Shown piece after piece: positions 56,017-63,503 of a stretch of DNA of 63,503 bases (the stretch's first letter is position 1; every line of letters starts with the position of its first letter). The stretch covers positions 1 through 63,503 of the forward strand of contig CAXHJY010001306.1 in assembly GCA_964016885.1 (NCBI GenBank), in the 5' to 3' direction. This DNA comes from Eledone cirrhosa. Lineage: Eukaryota. The notes beneath the pieces are model-generated. The model made no database searches and had not been told where the DNA came from. It was given only the letters and a program-made list of their open reading frames with translations. Both the position numbers and the translations under genes were made by a program.

Positions 56017-56056
56017 CACCCTACGTACGTTTCGCCCAGTTGGGCTTCTCAAGGGC
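56017..56056 (-). ncRNA. Minimal type I hammerhead ribozyme, U3-A8 core variant
   Basis: GCCC-TTGAGAA-GCCCA-AC-TGGGC-GAAAC-GTAC-GTA|GGGT. Confidence 0.75.
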
Positions 56057-56349
56057 ATAAATAATCACAAGTGCTCCTTATATAGTTCGGAAAGAGTTTT
56101 GGGGGTTAAATCTACATCGAGATTCATTGCTCGCAAAAATATCTTGTTTTGATTTTGCAGAGGTCAAGGGAGGTAACTCTGACCGGTGTTAGGGCAGTCT
56201 TTCCCGGATAATTTTTTTTTTTTTTTTTTTTTTTCCCCCGCCGCATCGGTTTGTCTGAGGGGATTGTTTTCTGGGTGTTATTTTGCTGCGCCCGCTCGCC
56301 CCGCCGGGGTGTTAAGGCTTGTTGCAGGGAGATTCAGTGTACTATTTCA

Positions 56350-56904
56350 CTCTTCATTCTTAACCCATCTAAAGAAGGATATTTTAAGCGATGTGTACAA
56401 CTTATCGCCGTTTCAGCTCTGCTGTTGATGAGCTCGTGGGGTGCAGTTATGATATGGTAGAGCTCCATGAGGCAAATATCGTATTTCCTCTTGAAGTTGT
56501 ACGGTGCAGCCCTGCCGACAATCTCCAGTGCGTGGAGAAGCTGATGTTTAAGTCCTTTAGTGATGTGATGTAGTCCGCGAGCGAAGTGGAGTGCCTTAGT
56601 TTTCTATTTGTGAAAGAGTGGAGATGTGTTCGAAACCTAATTTTGAACGGGCCGGAGGTGGCCCCTATATAATGTTTAACGCTATTGTGGCTAGTAATAG
56701 TGCATCTATATATAACCCTATCAGTCAAGCAGTATCCTCTAAGGGGGGCAGCGTCCTCTGTCGCGGCAGTTGCAATTTCTGTCGCGGTTCCGTCTATTTC
56801 CCACGGTAAGGCTATCATTGTTGCTGCCTACGTTGTTACCTACGCTACCGCAGCTGTCGTTAGCACAATTACAACCCACAGCACACGGGATGGTGCGATT
56901 GTTA

Positions 56905-56905
<1 letters not shown>
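56350..56905 (-). pseudogene. Penelope-like GIY-YIG endonuclease, frameshifted
   Basis: [10 protein letters not shown] / [15 protein letters not shown]...[21 protein letters not shown] / PYNFKRKYDICLMELY...INSRAE...CTH across three frames. Confidence 0.9.

Positions 56906-63503
<6,598 letters not shown>

Overview
Repeat-dominated, AT-rich eukaryotic DNA, inferred to be cephalopod (Octopus-like) from its tRNA-derived CORE- and Meta-domain SINE families, RTE LINEs and very long (TA)n/(CA)n tracts. I see no intact protein-coding gene. Almost all listed ORFs are translations of micro- and minisatellites. The recognisable coding remnants are transposon-derived: a 5'-truncated RTE-clade LINE (35961-38240), several other LINE fragments, a Helitron PIF1-like helicase remnant (42162-42625) and a Penelope-like GIY-YIG endonuclease remnant (56350-56905). 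The most notable signals are (1) several type I hammerhead-ribozyme motifs in Penelope-like terminal sequences, some with very long stem II and some inside large inverted repeats, (2) at least eight tandem arrays that grew from internal segments of SINE/LINE/MITE copies, (3) a SINE-LINE shared 3' tail visible within the window, and (4) weakly supported minus-strand candidate exons. Coordinates were counted by eye and may be off by a few bases. Family names come from recalled consensus features, not from database searches.
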